Of a stretch of DNA of 64,000 bases, positions 43,504 through 54,772 are shown piece after piece. Source of the stretch: an uncultured Gammaproteobacteria bacterium (GTDB taxonomy: Bacteria > Pseudomonadota > Gammaproteobacteria > JACCXJ01). The notes under the pieces were generated by a model. The model was not told the origin of the DNA. It worked only from the letters and a program-made list of their open reading frames with translations, and ran no database searches. How positions within the stretch are numbered: the first letter of the stretch is position 1; every line of letters begins with the position of its first letter. Made by a program: the position numbers and the translations under genes. The DNA lies in the NCBI GenBank assembly GCA_963764725.1, contig CAVXTM010000016.1, positions 256,001 through 320,000 of the forward strand, in the 5' to 3' direction.

Positions 43504-43654
43504 CTCAGAGATTGTGAATTAATCTACTGCGCATCCCGATCGCTGCGGCGCGTGCTCGCTCGCTCCTCGCCTATCTACCGGATATGTCTCGTCGCTTGCT
43601 CCGCGGCTCCTTGCGCTCGGGCTTGCTCGATAAGATTTATTCACAACCTCTTAG
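43504..43654. mobile_element. 151-bp MITE-like element with 22-bp imperfect terminal inverted repeats
   Basis: Left CTCAGAGATTGTGAATTAATCT versus reverse complement of right end CTAAGAGGTTGTGAATAAATCT (19/22). Non-coding, between accB and accC. Confidence 0.8.
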
Positions 43655-43701
43655 TTAACAAATGCCGGACGAAACCGGGAGGCCTCCCTGCGCGCAGGGA
43701 T

Positions 43702-44157
43702 TCAAGTTCGTTTCAGTACGAACAGGGGCTGGTCGTATTCCACCGGTTGGCCGTTGTCGACCAGAATCGCGGCGATCGTGCCGTCGCTATCGGCTTCGAT
43801 CTGATTCATTACCTTCATGGCCTCGATGATACACATAATCTCGCCCCGTTTTACCCGCTGACCCACCTCAACGAACGGTTTGCTGGTCGGAGAGGCGCCG
43901 AGATAAAAGGTGCCGACCATCGGAGCGGTGATGGAATGACCTTCAAAGTCTGGTTTCGGTTTAACATCGGTGGGAGCGACGGCATGCCCGGACGGGGCGG
44001 GGAGCTGCGGATCCGCTAGCTGTAAGAAGGTTTGACCCGCCGGCGGCGCCCGATAGCGGCTGATCCGGACCGATTCCTCTCCCTCGTGGATTTCGAGCTC
44101 GGCAATGCCGGACTCTTCCAGGAGCTCGATTAGCTTTTTTACTTTACGGATGTCCAT
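43702..44157 (-). CDS. accB: Biotin carboxyl carrier protein
   Basis: [32 protein letters not shown]. Confidence 0.97.
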   Translation of the reverse strand: MDIRKVKKLIELLEESGIAELEIHEGEESVRISRYRAPPAGQTFLQLADPQLPAPSGHAVAPTDVKPKPDFEGHSITAPMVGTFYLGASPTSKPFVEVGQRVKRGEIMCIIEAMKVMNQIEADSDGTIAAILVDNGQPVEYDQPLFVLKRT

Positions 44158-44626
44158 CTTTTTCCTGGTCGGGCGAACGTGTGGCATGGGCTCGCAAACG
44201 AGCGATCGCTGCTTGCAAGGCAAGCTCATATCCCTGTGGCCCGAGACCGCTAACTATCCCGACCGCGACTCCGGAAAGGTAGGACGTGTGGCGAAAAGGC
44301 TCGCGCGCGAAGATATTGGATAGATGAACTTCGATAAACGGTATCTTGACTGCTACGAACGCATCGCGTAGCGCGATGCTCGTGTGCGTGAAAGCGCCTG
44401 GGTTGATAATGATGAAGGCGACGTTTTCCGACTGCGCCCGATGAATACGCTCCACCAGCTCGTGTTCGGCATTGCTCTGAAACGAGGACAGCATGTGTCC
44501 CGCCGACAGCGCCAGAGCTTCGAGGCAGGACTCGATCTCGGCGAGCGTCGTGGTACCGTAAATCTCCGGCTCACGTGTTCCTAATAGATTAAGGTTGGGT
44601 CCGTTAATGAGCGCCAGTTGCGACAT
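44144..44626 (-). CDS. aroQ: Type II 3-dehydroquinate dehydratase
   Basis: [34 protein letters not shown]. Confidence 0.97.
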   Translation of the reverse strand: MSQLALINGPNLNLLGTREPEIYGTTTLAEIESCLEALALSAGHMLSSFQSNAEHELVERIHRAQSENVAFIIINPGAFTHTSIALRDAFVAVKIPFIEVHLSNIFAREPFRHTSYLSGVAVGIVSGLGPQGYELALQAAIARLRAHATRSPDQEKDGHP

Positions 44627-44773
44627 ACCCGGTTCTTGAATCGCGGTTAGTTGCCGCTTGTTTCCGACACATTAGCATAAGTTAACGGCGGAAACGAGCA
44701 AACTACCCGCTATTTAGCGGCGTGGCGGAAAGCGCACGGAACCGGCGGCGAGGAATTCAATTTGATTTCGCCA

Positions 44774-44870
44774 CCACGGGGTATGAACCCCGTGGGGCGA
44801 CCAAAGGGGAGAGCTGCGCCTCTCCCCTTTGGAAACCCCATGGCTAAGGATCCCGCGGCAGGACCGCGGG
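44774..44870. repeat. Cluster of three perfect hairpins
   Basis: CCACGGGGT/ACCCCGTGG, CCAAAGGGGAGAG/CTCTCCCCTTTGG, CCCGCGG/CCGCGGG. Confidence 0.7.
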
Positions 44871-44879
44871 GAATAAATT

Positions 44880-45428
44880 TTAGGCGGGAGCGCGGAGTAG
44901 CCGCCGGATGAGATTCTCAATTTCGTCCTTGCGGACTTGGCCGGGCTGGGTGAAGGTGATTCTCTTGTTACGATCAATGATCACCGTGTAGGGTAGCGCG
45001 CCGCTCGTATTACCGTAACTCAGAGCGACTTGGATGGCCTCCCACTCGCCGGTCAGCGTCGGGTAATTGATCCCGGCCTTGTTCGCGAATTCTTGCGTCG
45101 TGCTAAGCTCATCGATCGCGATACCCACGATCTGCAAGCCTTTGACCTTATAGTCTTCTTGAAGCGCGATGAGATCCGGGATTTCTTTTTGGCACGGAGG
45201 ACACCAGGTGGCCCAAAAGTTGAGCAGCAAAACTTTTCCGTTCCACTCGCTGATGGGGCGGCTTTCGCCTCTGAAGTCCTTGAGTGAAAAATCGGGCCGC
45301 GCCTGCCCCACCAGGGTCGAAGATGAGGAGTCCGTCCGTGCGCCCAGGTGTTCGCGGAGAAGATAGCCCCCGCCTCCGGCGACGATCAGAAACAAACAAT
45401 AGAATCCAAAACGGTAAGCCGCGCTCAA
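44880..45428 (-). CDS. TlpA family disulfide reductase
   Basis: LLNFWATWCPPCQKEIP, LPYTVIID, N-terminal TM anchor. Confidence 0.92.
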   Translation of the reverse strand: MSAAYRFGFYCLFLIVAGGGGYLLREHLGARTDSSSSTLVGQARPDFSLKDFRGESRPISEWNGKVLLLNFWATWCPPCQKEIPDLIALQEDYKVKGLQIVGIAIDELSTTQEFANKAGINYPTLTGEWEAIQVALSYGNTSGALPYTVIIDRNKRITFTQPGQVRKDEIENLIRRLLRAPA

Positions 45429-47275
45429 CGGCGCAACACCCGATCGAGGTGCGAGCGAAACGTCTCCGGCTCGACGAACCCGACAAGACGTTTGTTGCGA
45501 AGCTCGGTACCGTCCGGTGTGTAAAAAAGCAAGGCCGGCGGCCCGAAGACTCCGAGGCTCGCAAGCAGCTCGCGGTCCTCCTTATCATTGGCAGTCACGT
45601 CCACTTTGATAAGCGTTAATTTGCTAAGTTGTTGACCGACAATTTGGTCGGCAAAGGTATGTTTTTCAAGCTCTTTGCACTCCACACACCAGTCCGCGTA
45701 AAGGTCTACCATCACCGGCTCGGCACTATCGCGGGCCGCGCGTAACGCCTTTTCCAAATCCGCCGCGCCTTTGACCCGTGCGAAGCTCAGCGTGAGTGGC
45801 GTCGCGGTGGATCCCTGCGCCAAGAGTGTGGCGCCCGCGAATGGACGCAACATATCGGTGGCCCCCGCGGCCGCGCCGACGATTAAGAGACCGCCGTAAG
45901 TCAAAACCAAAAACCCGGCGCCGCGCGTCAGACGGTGACCCCATGACGCGGTTTTATGGAAGAGATCGAGGGCCCCGAAGAAAATCGCCCCGGTCGTCAA
46001 TAACAGCCCCCATAACAATACGGTGAACGCCGGCGGCAGCAAGCGTTCCAGCATTAAGACTGCGACTGCGAGCATCCCAAACCCGAAGAACGCCTTGACC
46101 TGTTGCATCCAGGGCCCGGCTTTGGGCAGTAGCTGCCCGGTCGAGGTACCCACCGCTATCAGCGGCAATCCCATGCCTATGCCCAAGCAAAAGAGCGCCA
46201 TCCCGCCGAGCACCGCGTCACCAGTCTTACCGATATAAATCAAGGCCCCGGCCAGAGGCGGCGCCACGCAAGGTCCGACGATCAGCGCGGAGAACAATCC
46301 CATCGCCGCGGTTCCCTGCAAGGTTCCGCCTGCTTGCGCGTTGCTCGCCCGGGCGAGGCGCGTCTGCCAACTTGGCGGGAGTTGTAGCTCGAACCAACCG
46401 AACATCGACAAGGCGAGGCCGACAAAGACCGCAGCAAAGAACACCAGCACCCACGGATTTTGAAACGTCGCTTGCAAGTTGTGGCCGAAGCGTCCGGCGA
46501 TCACCCCCATGAGCGCGTAGGTCGCGGCCATCACCACGACGAATACGCTCGATAAAATAAATGCCTTGCGCGTAGTTACGTGCTCGCCTTGACCGGCGAT
46601 GATTCCGGAGAGAATCGGGACCATGGGAAACACGCACGGTGTAAACGCGAGGAGGATCCCGAACCCCGCGAACATGGCCAGCGTCGCGAGCACGGCGCCG
46701 CTTTCGAGTTGCCGCGCCAACGCATCGTGCTCGGCAACGGGTTCGCTTGCTTCCCCGGAAGCGGCGCCGGCCGCCACGTGCGCTGGCAATCGCAGGCTGA
46801 GCGTTTTCTGCATCGGAGGGTAGCAGATCCCGTCGTCGGCGCAGCCCTGATACCTAAGGGTTAAACCGACCTCGGCCTCGCCGGGGCCTGGGCGTCTGAG
46901 CGACAGCGGGACCGTGATGGACCCGGTATACACCTCGACGGATCCGAACTCCGGATCTTCCTTGAAGTGCCCCGAGGGAAGATTAACGCGCCCGAGCCGG
47001 ACGTCGCCGTCGGTCAGGTCAAATCCGAATTTATCCTTATATAGGTAATAACCGTCGGCGATGTCCCAGCGCGCGGCAAGGGTCACCGGATCTTTGATGT
47101 CGACCGTGATCCGAAATGCTTCGTCGGGAGGTAAAAACTCCCGGCGGGCCGGTTCGCCCGCGAAACCGCGCTTAAAATCCTCGAATATATTTGCCGCCCC
47201 GCGTTGTTCGTCGGCAAACACAGGTAGCAACGTTCCAAACAACCAAACGAAGCAGACAGCGCTGACGGTCTTCAC
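45425..47275 (-). CDS. dsbD: Thiol:disulfide interchange protein DsbD
   Basis: YQGCADDGICYPP, FTPCVFPM, GPCVAPP, YADWCVECK. Confidence 0.96.
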   Translation of the reverse strand: MKTVSAVCFVWLFGTLLPVFADEQRGAANIFEDFKRGFAGEPARREFLPPDEAFRITVDIKDPVTLAARWDIADGYYLYKDKFGFDLTDGDVRLGRVNLPSGHFKEDPEFGSVEVYTGSITVPLSLRRPGPGEAEVGLTLRYQGCADDGICYPPMQKTLSLRLPAHVAAGAASGEASEPVAEHDALARQLESGAVLATLAMFAGFGILLAFTPCVFPMVPILSGIIAGQGEHVTTRKAFILSSVFVVVMAATYALMGVIAGRFGHNLQATFQNPWVLVFFAAVFVGLALSMFGWFELQLPPSWQTRLARASNAQAGGTLQGTAAMGLFSALIVGPCVAPPLAGALIYIGKTGDAVLGGMALFCLGIGMGLPLIAVGTSTGQLLPKAGPWMQQVKAFFGFGMLAVAVLMLERLLPPAFTVLLWGLLLTTGAIFFGALDLFHKTASWGHRLTRGAGFLVLTYGGLLIVGAAAGATDMLRPFAGATLLAQGSTATPLTLSFARVKGAADLEKALRAARDSAEPVMVDLYADWCVECKELEKHTFADQIVGQQLSKLTLIKVDVTANDKEDRELLASLGVFGPPALLFYTPDGTELRNKRLVGFVEPETFRSHLDRVLRR

Positions 47276-47607
47276 GGGGTTGCGTTCACCATTTCGTTAA
47301 TCCAGCTTAAATACGGGCTCGAGCCTCGCACTATAGGGACCGCGATGATTTCGGGGAGTTCATACGGATGTTCCGATTTTAGCAAGGATTCCACCGCCTC
47401 GTAACGCCATCGGCGGGTTTTGATCAAGAGCAGGACTTCGGCACTCGATTCGAGCTTATCGGCCCAGCGGTAAATCGAGTGCACCGCGGGAAGGATATTG
47501 ACGCAAGCGGCGGCGCGTTGTTCGACCAACCGGGTAGCTATTCGGCCCGCGACCGCGTTGTCGGGGCACGTCGATAGCACGAGGAGGTAGTCTTCGGCAT
47601 CCGTCAT
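47272..47607 (-). CDS. cutA: Divalent-cation tolerance protein CutA
   Basis: [21 protein letters not shown]. Confidence 0.95.
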   Translation of the reverse strand: MTDAEDYLLVLSTCPDNAVAGRIATRLVEQRAAACVNILPAVHSIYRWADKLESSAEVLLLIKTRRWRYEAVESLLKSEHPYELPEIIAVPIVRGSSPYLSWINEMVNATP

Positions 47608-47640
47608 CGCCGGTCCTCGTTTCGGATCAGCGGAAGTCGG

Positions 47641-47668
47641 TTGACAGTAACGGCGCGCCGCCTATAAT
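47641..47668 (+). promoter_or_regulatory. Sigma70-type promoter of groESL
   Basis: Exact TTGACA (47641) and TATAAT (47663) with a 16-bp spacer. Confidence 0.85.
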
Positions 47669-47694
47669 TAGCACTCACAAGAAGCGAGTGCTAA
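47668..47694. promoter_or_regulatory. CIRCE element (HrcA operator)
   Basis: Exact TTAGCACTC-N9-GAGTGCTAA. Confidence 0.97.
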
Positions 47695-47738
47695 TACCGC
47701 TTTGTTTTTCTATCGCACATCGGAGGAGGTTAATCATC

Positions 47739-48029
47739 ATGAATATTCGTCCCTTACACGATCGCGTCATCATCCGCCGCCTAGAGGAAGATCGCAAGAG
47801 CGCCGGGGGTATCGTCATCCCGGACACGGCCGCGGAAAAACCTATGAAAGGAGAAGTCGTTGCCGCGGGTCCAGGTAAGCTCTCGGAAGACGGCAAAGTC
47901 AGACCGCTCGACGTCAAACCCGGTGATAAGGTGCTTTTCGGCAAGTATTCTGGTACCGAAGTCAAAATGAACGGCCAGGACATAGTGGTCATGCGGGAAG
48001 ACGACATCATGGGCGTCATCGAAGGTTGA
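47739..48029 (+). CDS. groES: Co-chaperonin GroES
   Basis: [25 protein letters not shown]. Confidence 0.98.
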   Translation: MNIRPLHDRVIIRRLEEDRKSAGGIVIPDTAAEKPMKGEVVAAGPGKLSEDGKVRPLDVKPGDKVLFGKYSGTEVKMNGQDIVVMREDDIMGVIEG

Positions 48030-48056
48030 ATTTAGAATCTTTAATATAAGAGGTGA

Positions 48057-49700
<1,644 letters not shown>

Positions 49701-49727
49701 TCCCGAAGGGAATCCACGCACATCACT

Positions 49728-49758
49728 AAAAACCCCGCGCAACCCGCGGGGTTTTTTT
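49728..49758. terminator. Bidirectional rho-independent terminator
   Basis: AAAAACCCCGCG-CAACC-CGCGGGGTTTTTTT between convergent genes. Confidence 0.9.
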
Positions 49759-51475
49759 ATAGGCGGGAGAGATCGAGCCCTGCGCGATCGCTGGCCCAGG
49801 CCTCTGCCAGTCGTCTCTCGGCGACACGTGCTTGGTCTTTATCACCCCGCCGCTTGTAGACTTGCGTTAAGCCATAGAGCGCCCAACCGTTGTGAGGCGC
49901 CTCGCGCAGGCTCGCCCGGAATGCGTCCTCGGCGCCGGCGAGATCGCCCGAGAGCAGGAGCACGGCGCCGAGCGACTGGCGCACCGGATAGTACCAGTAC
50001 GGCGGCTCCGTGTAGGAAAGCTTATCCTGAATGGCTACCGCCCGCGCGAGCTCGGTACGCGCGGACTTTAGGGCGCCTCCGGCTTGAGCGATGCGAGCGC
50101 GTAGCACGTGGCGGGCGAGTGCCAGCACGTCGCCCGCGGGGATCCCGCCGGCCGTGAGCGCGGAAAAGTCCGCGCGGGCGGCGATCGCCGCGATCGCCGC
50201 CGCCGCGCGCTCGGCGGCCTGGATATCCTTACGGGACGCATGGGCCACGCCGCGAGCGTACTGCCACATCGCCTGCACATAGGGCAGACTGGATCCGGGA
50301 TCCCGCAAGGCCAACACAATCTCGGGCGCGCTGAACTGGGCGTGGGCAAAATAGGGCGCCGCTTTAATGGGCTGCACCCAGGGAATGGCCCGGGCCGCAT
50401 CAGCGGTCACCACGCGCGAGAGCTTCTCAGCCGCGGCGATCGCGGTCTTGCCGTCGCCCGCCATCTGGGCCGCGGCCATGAGCGAGTGCACGTTGTGCGG
50501 ATAATAGGCCTGCGGATAGATGCCCTCGGGCGCCGCCTCGGCGATATAGGCCTCATCGGCCGCTACCCCCGCCTTATTCACGGCAAGCGCGTCCAGATAG
50601 CGGCCCATGCGGAAATAGATGTGAAAGGGCATGTGCACGAGATGGCCGGCGCCGGGCATGAGATCCGCGAGACGCGTGGCATACGGTTCCGCCCGCTCCG
50701 GCCGGTCCGAGGCCTCGACCATGTGGATATAGTAGTGGATCGCCCCCGGATGGTCAGGATGTTTGTCCAGCACCCGTTCCAGGACGGCGAGGATCTCCGC
50801 CGTTCTGCCTTTCGGCCGGCGGCCGTTCGATGCCCAGTAGTCCCAAGGCGTGAGATCCATCAGGGACTCGGCGTAGAGAATCTGGATGTCCGCGTCCTCG
50901 GGATAGCGGGCCGCCACTCGATTCATGGCCGTAGCGTAGGCGGCATCCAAGGTCGCCCGCTCGGCGTTTTCGGAATAGCGCCTGCCGAGCGCCTCGATCA
51001 GCGCTCGTTCACGGCGCGAAGCGTAGCGGGCTTTCTTTTGCGCCTCGCGCAGGGCCGCGAGCGCAGGTTTTACTGCGGCGGAGTCCATCGGCGCGTTGAT
51101 GTTGGGGCCGAGCACGAGTGCCTCACCCCAAGCGCAGAGGGCGCATTTCGGATCGAGCTTCTGCGCCATTCGAAAGGCGCGCCGCGCTTCGGTATGGTTG
51201 AACGCGTAGGTGAGCCGCAGGCCTTGATCGAAGTACTTCTGAGCGCGTGGACTCGTTGTCGTGACCTTGTAGCTCAGCGTGCCGAGGTTGTCCCAAAGCG
51301 GCGGCGCGCTCTCGACGAAGGATTCAGACGGGCGGCGGACTTGATCCGCGAAGCCCCCGACCTCGCCCCGGACCGCGTGGTCGTGCCCAGGGGCTGCTTG
51401 AGCACTGGCCGGCAGTACCGCCGCGATTCCAACGAATATCATCGAGCAAACCGCAACCATATGCATGCAAAACAT
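49757..51475 (-). CDS. Secreted TPR-repeat protein
   Basis: Signal peptide, AQKYFDQGL...AFNH.EA, GPNINAPM, HPGAIHYYIH, GHLVHMP.HIY, EPPYWYYPVRQSLG. Start approximate. Confidence 0.8.
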   Translation of the reverse strand: MFCMHMVAVCSMIFVGIAAVLPASAQAAPGHDHAVRGEVGGFADQVRRPSESFVESAPPLWDNLGTLSYKVTTTSPRAQKYFDQGLRLTYAFNHTEARRAFRMAQKLDPKCALCAWGEALVLGPNINAPMDSAAVKPALAALREAQKKARYASRRERALIEALGRRYSENAERATLDAAYATAMNRVAARYPEDADIQILYAESLMDLTPWDYWASNGRRPKGRTAEILAVLERVLDKHPDHPGAIHYYIHMVEASDRPERAEPYATRLADLMPGAGHLVHMPFHIYFRMGRYLDALAVNKAGVAADEAYIAEAAPEGIYPQAYYPHNVHSLMAAAQMAGDGKTAIAAAEKLSRVVTADAARAIPWVQPIKAAPYFAHAQFSAPEIVLALRDPGSSLPYVQAMWQYARGVAHASRKDIQAAERAAAAIAAIAARADFSALTAGGIPAGDVLALARHVLRARIAQAGGALKSARTELARAVAIQDKLSYTEPPYWYYPVRQSLGAVLLLSGDLAGAEDAFRASLREAPHNGWALYGLTQVYKRRGDKDQARVAERRLAEAWASDRAGLDLSRL

Positions 51476-51625
51476 GGTCATTCCTCCGCAACAGCTACAG
51501 GTTCCGCGATAACAGACCGAGCGTCGCAAACCAGGGGCTGCTCTATGGACCCTACCATCCGAAAAATGGCGCCTTACCGCCATTGATATCGGGCTTTCGG
51601 AGGCGCGCACCGTGCTGGTGGTGGA

Positions 51626-52957
51626 TCAGCCACGCTCCTCCACGGGCAGGAAGGGCCTGGCCGCGGACCCTGTATAGCGCTGGCGCGGACGGCTGATTCT
51701 CTGATCGGTATCCGCGATCATCTCCTTCCACTGCGCGACCCAGCCGACCGTGCGGGCCACGGCAAAGAGCACCGTGAACATGCTGGTCGGAAAGCCCATA
51801 GCCTTAAGGATGATCCCGGAGTAGAAATCTACGTTAGGATACAGCTTGCGCTCCACGAAATAGTCATCCTCAAGCGCGATGCGTTCCAGTTCCATGGCGA
51901 TCTCCAGCAGCGGCTCCCGGATGACGCCAAGTTCCGCGAGCACCTCGTGACAGGATTCACGCAGCACCGCTGCCCGCGGATCATAGTGCTTGTAGACCCG
52001 ATGGCCAAAGCCCATGAGCCGCAGCGCGCTGTTCTTTTCCTTGACCCGCCCGATAAACTCGGGGACGCGATCCTTGGAGCCGATTTCCTGCAACATTGTG
52101 AGCACGGCTTCATTCGCCCCGCCGTGGGCCGGGCCCCAGAGCGAGGCAATACCCGCGGCGACACAGGCAAAGGGGTTGGCACCGCTCGAGCCGGCCGTGC
52201 GCACGGTTGAGGTAGAGGCATTCTGTTCGTGATCGGCATGCAGGATAAAAATCCGGTTCATCGCGCGCGCCATGACCGGGCTGAGCTTGTACGTCTCGCA
52301 CGGCACGGAGAACATCATTTGCAGGAAATTGTCGGCATACCTCAAGTCGTTGCGCGGATAAACGAACGGCTGGCCGATGGAGTATTTGTAGGCCATGGCG
52401 GCGATGGTCGGCATTTTGGCGATGAGCCGCTGCGCGGCGATCTTGCGCTGCTCAGGGTCGGTGATGTCGGTGCTGTCATGATAGAACGCGCTCAGCGCCC
52501 CCACCACGCCCACCATCACGGCCATGGGGTGAGCGTCGCGCCGAAAACCACGGTAAAAGGAAAGCACCTGTTCATTGAGCATGGTGTGATAGGTGATGAT
52601 ATCCTCGAAACCGGTCTTTTGACTGGCGTTTGGCAGTTCGCCGTAAAGAAGCAGGTAGCAGACCTCGAGGAAATCACAATGCTCGGCGAGATCCTTGATC
52701 GGGTAGCCGCGATGCAGAAGCACCCCCTGCTCGCCGTCGATGAAGGTGATCCGTGATTCGCAGCTCGCGGTCGAGGTAAACCCGGGGTCATAGGTGAAAT
52801 AGCCAAGCTCGCTGTAGAGCTTACGGATATCGATGACGCTCGGGCCTAGGGTGCCGCCGAGCAAGGGCAGTTCCACCCGTCTTCCCGAAGCCTCATCGAT
52901 GAGCGCGATGGTCGCGGGCCCGGAGGCCGGATCCGGTATCTCGGGTGTTTGACTCAT
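51626..52957 (-). CDS. gltA: Citrate synthase
   Basis: [46 protein letters not shown]. Confidence 0.98.
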   Translation of the reverse strand: MSQTPEIPDPASGPATIALIDEASGRRVELPLLGGTLGPSVIDIRKLYSELGYFTYDPGFTSTASCESRITFIDGEQGVLLHRGYPIKDLAEHCDFLEVCYLLLYGELPNASQKTGFEDIITYHTMLNEQVLSFYRGFRRDAHPMAVMVGVVGALSAFYHDSTDITDPEQRKIAAQRLIAKMPTIAAMAYKYSIGQPFVYPRNDLRYADNFLQMMFSVPCETYKLSPVMARAMNRIFILHADHEQNASTSTVRTAGSSGANPFACVAAGIASLWGPAHGGANEAVLTMLQEIGSKDRVPEFIGRVKEKNSALRLMGFGHRVYKHYDPRAAVLRESCHEVLAELGVIREPLLEIAMELERIALEDDYFVERKLYPNVDFYSGIILKAMGFPTSMFTVLFAVARTVGWVAQWKEMIADTDQRISRPRQRYTGSAARPFLPVEERG

Positions 52958-52969
52958 AGATAATCCTCC

Positions 52970-52985
52970 ATTCACAACCTCTTAG
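52970..52985 (-). repeat. Short remnant of the MITE-like repeat end
   Basis: ATTCACAACCTCTTAG is identical to 43639..43654. Confidence 0.6.
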
Positions 52986-53302
52986 TCGACCTGGCTAGGG
53001 AATAGCGCGGCTTCGGTCAGCTTGTCCCAGTCTTTCCGCGCCTCCAGGTTGATGCTCAGGCCAGTGTTGTTTTGCCGACCTGACGGGGACCGATCAAGGC
53101 GACGACGGCTTGGCTAGCCAAGGCCTCTCGAACAAGTTTGGCGTTACGACGCAATAACATCCGTGTAAATTATCCATCCTATGGATGATTTACAAGGATC
53201 ACAAGTCCGAAGCGTGTCGCTCGCGTCCTCGTCCTAGAAGAGCTGGAAATCCACGAAGAAAGTCGCTCTGCCGAAGCGGTCGGTCGATGAGTCCGGAGTC
53301 TC

Positions 53303-53674
53303 CTACCCCGCCGTAGACACACGGGCGAGGGCGTCGCGGATATCCACGACGGCTGCGAGCGGATCGACCAGGCAGGCAGGTTCGTGAGCGATCCCGGCCG
53401 CCGATAATCGGTAGGCGATCGCCGGGCATGCATGGACCACGCGCACACGCGCGCCGCTCCGCCGCGCCCACTGACAAAACATAATGAGCCAATTGAGACC
53501 CGAGTCGCGCGTGTCCGTCACATCGGCCAGATCGATGATGTAGTTCTCATGGCGGTTTCGCTCCGGCTCGCAATACTGCCAGAGCGCGAAACCGTGCGAC
53601 AAATCAAAATGACCCATGGCGCTCAGCGTGACCGTCTTGCGATCCGCCGATAACGTAATGGTAAAGGCTGCCAT
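53303..53674 (-). CDS. STAS domain (anti-anti-sigma-like) protein
   Basis: VTLSAMGHFD...YIIDLADVTDTRDSGL.WL pattern. RBS AGGAG. Confidence 0.65.
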   Translation of the reverse strand: MAAFTITLSADRKTVTLSAMGHFDLSHGFALWQYCEPERNRHENYIIDLADVTDTRDSGLNWLIMFCQWARRSGARVRVVHACPAIAYRLSAAGIAHEPACLVDPLAAVVDIRDALARVSTAG

Positions 53675-53740
53675 CGTCGTCTCCTAGCGTTTCGAGATTA
53701 ATAGCACCTGCATTTAACCCTAGGCCCGTACGCCGCGCAA

Positions 53741-53809
53741 TATGACAAATTGCCGCGCGTCAATTCGTCGCAGCTTGAACGCCATGGGGTGCGACAATTT
53801 GTCGCATTT
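53741..53809. promoter_or_regulatory. Three RegA/PrrA-like palindromic operators
   Basis: TGCGACAATTTGTCGCA (53790..53806) plus degenerate TATGACAAATTGCCGCG (53741) and CGCGTCAATTCGTCGCA (53756). Confidence 0.65.
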
Positions 53810-53879
53810 TAAAAGGCGATCGCCATTGCTATGATTGCCGGGGCTGAAGGACAGAAGATGCGAATATCGCAAAACGGAG

Positions 53880-53911
53880 AAGGAAAGAAAGGCCGCGCCA
53901 GAGGCGCGGCC
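53880..53911 (-). terminator. Rho-independent terminator downstream of the csp gene
   Basis: GGCCGCGCC-3nt-GGCGCGGCC followed on the minus strand by TTTCTTTCCTT. Confidence 0.65.
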
Positions 53912-54027
53912 ATAAAGCGCGGTGGTGAGAGACGAGTGTCGAGGCCGCTAAACCTGAAAGACGCTCGAATCTTCCACTACGTGCCGGAGCCCTACGGCCT
54001 TGCTAGGTCGCTGGCCCTATGCACAGC

Positions 54028-54510
54028 TTAGGCTACCTTCTTGACTTCCCGCACCAAGGCGGCGCAGGCCTCGGCACAGTCCGCACAGCTCTGGTGCTTG
54101 GAGGCGTGTTTGCGGCATTCCTTTTCGCAGTCTGCACAGACCGCGGCACACGCGTTGGCGAACGCCTTCGTGTGTGCCGAATTACTTGCGCTCAACTGTG
54201 CCAGGGCATTGCACGCCGCGATGGTCTCTTGTACCGCGACCGCGCAGCTCGCGAGCGACGTGTCGCCGCCCTTGAAGGTGTTGATGCAGTGATTGAGGCA
54301 AGCGTGCCCCTTGGCCATGCAGGTTTCGGCGGCCATCATGAGGCCGCTGTACTGCCAGCTATGGTGATTGGCCGCCGCGAAGGCTCGCCCGGTGCCGGTC
54401 ATGAGCGCGGCCGCGCCCACCGCCGTGGCGCCGGCGAGGAATTTCCTGCGCGCGGACTGACAGGGGGCGTCACCGGTCTCCGGATGGGTATTTGAATGTA
54501 ACTCGGACAT
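54028..54510 (-). CDS. Tat-exported four-helix-bundle copper storage protein (Csp1/2-like)
   Basis: AAGGAG RBS, Tat motif ARRKFL, 12 Cys in CxxxC/CxxC spacing in the mature domain. Confidence 0.88.
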   Translation of the reverse strand: MSELHSNTHPETGDAPCQSARRKFLAGATAVGAAALMTGTGRAFAAANHHSWQYSGLMMAAETCMAKGHACLNHCINTFKGGDTSLASCAVAVQETIAACNALAQLSASNSAHTKAFANACAAVCADCEKECRKHASKHQSCADCAEACAALVREVKKVA

Positions 54511-54772
54511 ATCAGCTCTCCTTTCAATATGGATGGATAAAGGGTTGCGCAGGCGTGTAACCCCAGTGTCGCTAGGGTGTTGCGGCGCTTTCGGTTGATG
54601 GGATGGCGGAGGAGAGCTGATTTTCCTGCCCATCCCGGACGAAAGCGTCGCACCTTCTCGGTACGCGGATCGCACGGAGGCGCAAACCCGCCAGGGATTA
54701 TATCAGACCGCTAGATCTCTGGATACTATTTATCTTCTATCTTCGCCGGGCGGCGTTCTGATGGCGCTGCGC

